64,000 bases of DNA from Octopus vulgaris (Eukaryota): contig OX597828.1 in assembly GCA_951406725.2 (NCBI GenBank), positions 31,992,001-32,056,000 on the forward strand. Reading direction: 5' to 3'. This document shows positions 56,404 to 64,000 of this stretch, one piece after another (within the stretch, counting starts at the first letter, position 1; each line of letters begins with the position of its first letter). Position numbers and translations under genes: made by a program. The notes beneath the pieces are model-generated. The model made no database searches and was not told the origin of the DNA. It saw only the letters and a list, made by a program, of their open reading frames with translations.

Positions 56404-56584
56404 GCCTTCCACCTATCGATGTGCCAGACTTTGCAGCAATCTATATGAATAAAATCGGTTTGCAGGACTCAGAACTGACACGAGTCAGTCAATTTGACTC
56501 GCTCGGTATACCCTCCTTCTCCTCCCTTATGAAACTGAAAATGTCAGACTGCTCTAAGTACTCGGTACACCCTCCTTTTTCCTC
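56404..56584 (-). promoter_or_regulatory. Candidate core promoter and first non-coding exon
   Basis: Locally GC-richer. The minus strand has an Inr-like TCAGTT (56473-56478), no ATG, then a consensus donor GC|GTAAGT at 56403. A duplicated upstream motif CTCGGTAYACCCTCCTT is present. Confidence 0.3.
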
Positions 56585-56894
56585 GATTTTATCGTCCAAA
56601 TATTAAAAATAAATAAATGAAACCTATGACTCTGTGTGTGTGTGTGTGTGTGTTATGCGTGCGTATAACTGTATGAAACTTCGTGTTTAAGTGTGTTTGT
56701 GTGTGTACGCGTAACTGTATGAGATTGTGTATGTTTGCATATGCACATAGCTGTATGAGACTGTGTGTGTTTATGTGTGCGTGCACGCACTACCTGTATC
56801 AGACTGTGTGTTTGCGTGTCTCTGTGTGTTTGTGTGTTTGTGCATAAATGGAAATAACCGAAGTATTATTTTACAAATTGTGTGTAAGTATATA

Positions 56895-57180
56895 AAGAAG
56901 GAAATTGTTGTATACTGTGCTCAGGTGCACTACAACTAATTCTTTTTTAAAAGGCTATCAGGTCTACTGTTAGCGGTTTTCAGGAAGCATGGAAGTGTTG
57001 AAGAATGTAATGTCCCGACAACTAACATCTGATGCAGGTAGTCTATCCCATGTTTCAAATGTTTCTGTAAGTCATGTGCGCTGTGTTGTTATTTGTTTTT
57101 ATAAACATGTGCGTTAGAGTTTGTCGTATGGGATTCAAAAAGGTGTCTAAGGTTGTTGTTCAAAATGTGGTTGATAATCT
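56895..57180 (-). mobile_element. CR1-group LINE 3' end (ORF2 C-terminus and 3' UTR)
   Basis: Minus translation IINH..HLFESH..HVYK..QHSAHD..KH / WDRLPASDVSCRDITFFNT resembles the WNxLP..FK C-terminal motif. Confidence 0.75.
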
Positions 57181-59583
57181 AGTTATTAAATAAATTATTA
57201 TACTTAATATCAAATCTACCCATTTACTGTCAAGTGATGTGCCTACATTCCTAACCGTGTGCAGTTATCAAAATAATCATTTGTAGTTCTGAGACTAGTT
57301 GAAGTTCCTTCAATTTGTTTGAAACTCATTGTACAACATTGCATGGAATTTAATCAAATATCCATGCAGACATACATATATTGGAAATACATTTCTTTTC
57401 ACTATCAATTTTACTTAGGTATGTCAAATCTAAAAATTACGTCTTAATTTAAATAATTACAGGAATTTGTTAAAATGGTTTCATAAGCTTCTATCCAACG
57501 CAATGATTGCAATATATTCAATGGAGAGTGTTGTTTCTTTACTTGGAAAATAAGTCATAACTCTGTTCAATGCAGTTTGAATCCATAGAAATTATTGGTG
57601 AACTATTGCATCTAAAATGAAATAAATGCTTTCACAGAGACTTACGTATATAACACCAATATTCCATTTGAAAGAAGTCGTTTCCTACTCAGATTTTCAT
57701 TCATATTCGTTAAATGTAGATTTTTTTTTATAACATTACTGGAGTGGATTTGAAAATATCTTCCATGAATATCACACCAGTCGCTGTTTATACTACTCTC
57801 AGTCACATGATGCACTGTTTGAATCGGTTTTACTCTTCTTTCAAAACAGCAATATTGGTATTATAATCAATATTACACTTGCTTTGTTAATATCCATTCG
57901 AGTTTACGTGATTTTATATTGAACCACCGTGTGTCGATTAAATAAAATACTTTGGATAAAGGAAACCTTAAAATGTTCATTTTCTAAATTTAAGAAATAA
58001 AATTCAAGAATATTCTATATCATTTTTGGAAGAAACGGATATTCAAAAATAACATAACAGTTAACGCTTCGAATATGCTACTTGCTGGAAAGGTATCGAT
58101 ATTTAATTTATTCATTTCTTTACATTCAGTGAACATGTATTCTGTTTGGTAGATTCTGCAATATGATTTTGCTTTCCTTTCGTGTTCTCGACTTTGATAG
58201 TATTGTCCATAATTTACACTTGGTTTCATAGCGCATAACAATAGTAAATATAGCAGGGTTGTACGTATGGTGGAATTCTCGACTAGTTATATTATTTACT
58301 ATCCTACTTTTGATAAATTAGATAAGTTAATCCCAGATAGGAATATGTTAGCAAAATTATAAAACTCATGATTGGAAAAAGAATAGATTTTCTCTTGACC
58401 TGCTAATTCACCCTTGGCCTTCTGAGAAACAAAAGCATTAAATATATATAAATGAGAGATAAGATGTTGTTTTTCTTATTTTCTATTTACCTTCTAATAG
58501 CAATAAACAGAAATAGACACATAAGTTCACTTTAAATGCAAACGTATATAAAAATGAAAATTTTTTCTATGTCCATATTGTAAAAAAAATTGTGGCATTG
58601 CAAAGAGAAAATGAGAAAGATTTAAGTCGATTCTCACAGGAATTAGAAACTTGGTATTAAAAAAGTATGCTACATAAACAGATTGAGTGGTATCAAAAGA
58701 GAATACAATTTTAAAAAGAAAACGAAATAGGAAACGAAATTATTATTCTCTCTAAAACGCACACAAACAATTCTCAATACACAGAAATTTCATTGACATT
58801 GATGGATTAATATCAAGCTGTATGCAAGCGAAATAGAAATTTCATTTGTTGTATTATTGGCGTAATATACCATCATTAAAATATATCGATAAAAAAAAAA
58901 CTGTTTCCGAGAAAGCATTCATGATGGTCGGAATGCGACACAAAGTTTACTCAGGCAATACCCTATATTTTTAATTGAAGGAAGATATAGACAAAACAAC
59001 GATCAAGTGCAACGTAACGGAAGTTGGCGTCAAGATCTGTCAAGGGAATTGTATTTCTTGCTGTCGGGCTGTTCTAAGCAAGGAAAAACGATTGATTATC
59101 CACCCATCAATAGCTTGAACTTTAAAAGAAATACAGAATTGACATGTTATCCAATTGACAGGTCTCAGGAATTTTAAGTTACACATACACATACACACAA
59201 TCACATATATATTTGTATATATACGCACACACACAGACACACATATATATATATACACACACATAGATATATATATATATATATCCATACACATACACAC
59301 AATCACAAACACACACATATATATATATATACACACATACATATTTTCAAGTTCACACACACAAACAGGCACACAAGTAGGCGTGTGCATGCATTTGAGG
59401 TGCTTGTGTATACTAATAATTGTTGTGCTCTTCTTTTTCGTAAAACATAGAAAGTTGCATATTGTTTAAAAAAAAAATATTTATAATAAACATGATATCT
59501 TTCTACGTAAAAGTCGCGAAGTAGTGTAAACAACATAGCGTTTTGTTTTTACTCTGGCTATGCAAATATTATCAGCATCATTG

Positions 59584-59935
59584 GAGCAGCGAACTAGAAG
59601 AATCGTTAGCACGCCGGGCAAGATACTCAGTGGCATTTTGGTTCAAATGACGCTGAGATCGACATTGCCTTTCATTCTCTCGGGGTCGATAAAATAAATA
59701 CCTATTACTTTATTACCCACAAGGGGCTAAACACAGAGGGGACAAACAAGGACAAACATAGGTATTAAGTCGATTACATCGACCCCAGTGCGTAACTGGT
59801 ACTTAATTTATCGACCCCGAAAGGATGAAAGACAAAGTCGACCTCGGCGGAATTTGAACTCACAACGTAACGCAGACGAAATACCGACTTAACCACTCAC
59901 CCGAAATTGCTAGCTTTATACCAAAATGCGAAACC
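59584..59935 (+). mobile_element. SINE family A copy interrupted by an inverted copy
   Basis: Head and core at 59584-59702, tail at 59886-59935. Confidence 0.75.
59703..59886 (-). mobile_element. SINE family A, well-preserved 5'-truncated copy nested in opposite orientation
   Basis: CGACCCCAGTGCGTAACTGGTACTTAATTTATCGACCCCGAAAGGATGAAAG..GTCGACCTCGGCGGAATTTGAACTC. Confidence 0.92.
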
Positions 59936-59945
59936 AGCCCTATTG

Positions 59946-60120
59946 TGGTAGCGAGGTGACAGCTGAAAAAATCGTTACTGTAACGTACACGATGTTTAGC
60001 AGTCGTCCTTCCGACTCAAGTTCTGAGCTAAAATGCCACCGGACTCAACTTTATCTTTCATCGTTTCTTTTCGATAAAATGTGTAGCAGTTGAGAACTGG
60101 AGTGGATGTAATCGATTAAC
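59946..60120 (+). mobile_element. SINE family A, old diverged copy
   Basis: AATCGTTA..GTTCTGAG..CTTTCATCG..TCGATAAAAT..CAGTTGAGAACTGG..GATGTAATCGA. Confidence 0.65.
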
Positions 60121-61609
60121 GTTCGTATTTGATGTCATACAACGGTAATGAAGTCTTCCTGGACCAATATTTTTGGAAACTATTTATGTTATGGAGTTGT
60201 ATAACTTTTTTAGAATATCCCGAATGATATCATTGAAGATCTTGGAGATTAGAGTGGTTAATGGTTCAACCTAATATCACATTCCACTGGTGCAGCAGAT
60301 CTAGTTTGAATAGTAATTTTGTTGAACGATATTGCGGGCAGATGCTATGTAACTATCAGATGTGAAGGAATCCCGATTAAAAGGCCGTCTACTTAAAATG
60401 AGTCACTCAATTTAGCTATCTACGATCTTTAGGTGGAAGAATCTGCCGTCCGCTTAGTCAGTAATGAAAGTTCTCCTGAGACGTCGGTTCTAAACTGTAT
60501 TTGGTATAACTTTCCAATGGTTTTACATTCATCATTGCCAATTTCTTCGCATATAGACTCTAAATATCGTTTAATTATGATAGATTTGACTGCTTGCTTA
60601 AATACACTTCTGATAAGCAATGTTCTTGTGCCCTATGCAAAATCCTAATTATGTTAACAATAAAAATTAGCAGCCAATATATTGGTTTTCTCTGTCCGAG
60701 CTCTGCATGTCTTGAGTATGGCTAAAAGCACTGTTCACCTAAATAATCTTGCAACCCACTTTAAGAAGCAAAGTAGACATGGTAACATCCAAATATAATT
60801 GATACATTATTTCATAGACTATAAATATTAGTAAAACAAAGCAGGTTAAAAAGTATCTTTAAAGAGATTTTCTGGTTCGCACCAAATTATTTACAGTGGA
60901 AATACTTTGTTGACCGATGTATTTAGAGATAAATAATTAAGCATAAATATAAAGCAAAACGGATGTTGATATAGGCAATTATAGAGAATAGCAAAATCTA
61001 CACTTAACTTCATACAAGTTCAGTAATCATTGATTTGCTTATGTAAATTAAATACTAATGCGTAAGTCATTCTGAGAGCGCCTATTACAATGAAAATATT
61101 AAATAAGTTGCAAAAAATTGTAGCCGCCAGTTCTGAAACAAATAATACTTTGCTGTTATATATCCTATGATATATACACGAAACTAAAGTCCTGAATAAA
61201 TGACATTGTGTTTTCTATTTTCAAATTGACATTTATTTGTCTGTTGGTTTTAACCTCGCACATTTTAATCATTTCCAGCTAACATAGATCATTAAGTGAA
61301 CTACACTTATCTATACTGAAATAATGTAAATAATGATAATAGTCTTAATGTTATTTGTCCTGATTGTCATTTGCCAAATACGTTGGATTACTATCAGGCC
61401 ATATTATTGATATAAAGTAATGGATAGCGAGGCTTACGTCAGACATTCTGTTAAATTTAGAATAGTTTCATTTCAGAAGCAAATAAACTTACGCAGTATA
61501 TATTTGAAATTCTACGATGACACATGAGCTGAATTATCATGATCATATCCATAGACGCAGTTTCTTGTACAAACATATATCAAATCATATGCGCGTGTGT
61601 GTATGCATC

Positions 61610-61640
<31 letters not shown>

Positions 61641-64000
61641 CTTGGGCGTACGTATGAGAGCAGATTATTTAAGCTGTTTAGAGACTGTCACTGAATTTAT
61701 ATGGACTAAATGTAAGGCAGCTTCAATGCATTGTAATGATAATAAATCATGAGTACATGATTTGGTAATATAATAGTGATGGCCTTTTAAAGTAGGGCAT
61801 CGGGGAGGATAGTGTGAAGTATTCATTTCAATTTTGTTGAAGTAAGGCTGGGCCGCTATTGATTCTTACGCTCCTTTGGTTGACATAAGTAAACTTCAGT
61901 CATAATAAGTTGGTTTATTTATTGGAATATGTAATTTATGATTGATAAATGTGTTCAATAACACTAATGTTCAAAGTGAATTCTTACAGAGATATATCGT
62001 TAGACATCTTGAGATATGAATTGAACAGTTTCTTATTCGGGACACGACCTAATACTAACAAGCAATTTATACCACTTGTTTCAATATTACATTTCGGAAA
62101 ATGATGTCAGAAAATCTTCTCTCTGCATATGTAACATTTAAGTCTGGGTAAAAATAATAATAATAAAGCAGAATGAAGCGAAACATTGCATTATGACAAA
62201 TGTCAAAAGCATCATTGCCAGAAAACCTGTAATATCCGTGGGGAAAAATATAAGCAGGTTTAATGAGTACAGACATAACTATTTGAGACGTTGTAGTATT
62301 TGAATTTCAATTGCGTGACGTGACTATTTTGAAAACAAAATCTAAATTGTACATGATTATGGCACGAGAGGAATCTTTTAAACTTAGAGTAGATACCTTA
62401 TTTGGTGAACTGGAACATAAATTCAAGAAACACATTTCATGTGTTAATGTCGGAAAATACGATGAAAGCGAAGCAATTACGGTTATTTATCACTCGTAAC
62501 ATTTCAAAATATCCTTATAGAAATGATGGTCACATAGGTGCCTATCCACAGACAGCGTAGTTTCTTTCATTTTTCTTCAAGATACTGATTAATCTTCATG
62601 ACATGTACAACTTGAACTCTCAGTAATGAATCACAGAATCCTATAATATATTTTAATTACCAATTGAAATTTACTTACTTATCACCTTGTCTATCGTAGT
62701 AGACATTTCTGAAACATATTAACTAGAATTTCCATTTTGTTGGTGCAAAAGAAAAATATTTGCAAGGCAACTTCATATCGTAAACACGTATATCCACAAT
62801 AGAATTAATGAGCACACAGTAGCTGTTTTCTTTTCAATATATTCCACGAAAAGTGTTAGCATTACTTTGTGCAGTTGTTTTCGGTTGTGAAGAGGTTTTT
62901 TTTTTAATATTTCGACCAACGTTTCTTAATTTTCTGCATACACACCGTTAATTGGGTACATGTCATTTTCTGTATAATGTTAGGGTGTTTTGACTTGCAC
63001 ACAAAATTTAGCTATAATTTTTCAGTTCATCTCTTAACTTTCTTAATGAATAGATTATACGAGGGTTTGCTTACTAATGCTTGTATCTATACGGTTTCAA
63101 TTTTTATAACAATACCCTTTGATTAGATGTGAATATTGAAGTATAGTAATGAGAGTTAAGCACATAAACATGAAAAATTAAAACCTGAATAACTCGCATG
63201 ATTACTGTGTTTAGCGGGTCATATCATAAAATGTATAATACGAGTAATATTCATGTAAATTTGGCATAACATTGAGAAAAACATAAATTATGACAAATAA
63301 ATCGTGAAATCAATAACAACTAATAACCCGAAAACCAATCTACCATCATTATATTTTAGCACTCAATGTAACAGGCTCTATCAAGCGCTATCGGACCATT
63401 GGAGGAGAGCTCAAAGATGTCACTATGGGTAGAAAAGAAATGATTATTCCATTTACTTTCGAACCGCACTGTTTGCTTTCACACGATAAGAAAAACGGAA
63501 TTCAAGTTCCAACAACAAAATAAATACAACAAATATGTCAGATCACACAGTACTAATGAACTTTACATTTTCTGTTATATACCGGTTTACTGCTCATTCA
63601 GGACATTCAAAAGTATATCCAAAAAACCCTAGGCTAATAGTTAACTGCTGAATTTCTATTATTTGAGAACTGGGTGTGTCGAGCTCCACTGACACACGTA
63701 GTGAGCGGCGAAATTTCCCTGGGAGGAGGTTTCATATTAATAAGATCAACTTGACTTATATCTTTTCCGCAGTAAAAGATTATGTCTAAAACTTTGACCT
63801 GAACTGCGAAAAAATAAACCTCTAAATTTCTTGAATGTTTTCCATGAACATAACTTCATTCACTCATAGTTACTCTAGATGACAATAAATCACAGAACTG
63901 CTTACATTTCTTAGATATTGAATCACCTCCTAAAAGACAAACAAACTTACGTTAGGGGAGGTTTTATTTTAATATTTACACGCTCGAATATCTATGAATG

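Noticed and set aside
56666-56810. Repeat-spacer pattern reminiscent of CRISPR
   Set aside because: Eukaryotic context, short degenerate repeats, TG-microsatellite spacers and no cas genes.
60429-60648. Overlapping open frames on both strands
   Set aside because: Short, no recognisable domain and no supported exon chain.
62311-62499. 62-aa ORF (MAREESFKLRVDTLFGELEH...)
   Set aside because: Protein-like, but no family recognised and no gene context.

Overview
Very AT-rich, microsatellite-saturated eukaryotic non-coding DNA (intergenic or large intron). The repeat families look like those of Octopus/coleoid cephalopods; this is inferred from motif recognition, not from a search. No intact host protein-coding gene is supported, and most supplied ORFs are (AT)n/(CA)n translation artefacts. 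Recognisable content: decayed CR1-type LINE fragments (14288-14960, 51152-51322, 56895-57180), a decayed Penelope-like GIY-YIG element (20400-21450) plus scattered pLTR fragments, a mariner deletion derivative, at least four SINE families, and several fold-back and tandem repeats. The most interesting signal is a set of minimal type-I hammerhead-ribozyme folds in the Penelope-like termini with non-canonical cores. One has an apparent A3-U8 swap of the C3-G8 pair and occurs twice in inverted orientation (21353-21387 +, 23287-23321 -). The window also has many closely spaced inverted repeats that could form dsRNA, and weak evidence for a spliced minus-strand transcript starting near 56.5 kb. Alignments and coordinates were done by eye, so element boundaries are approximate.
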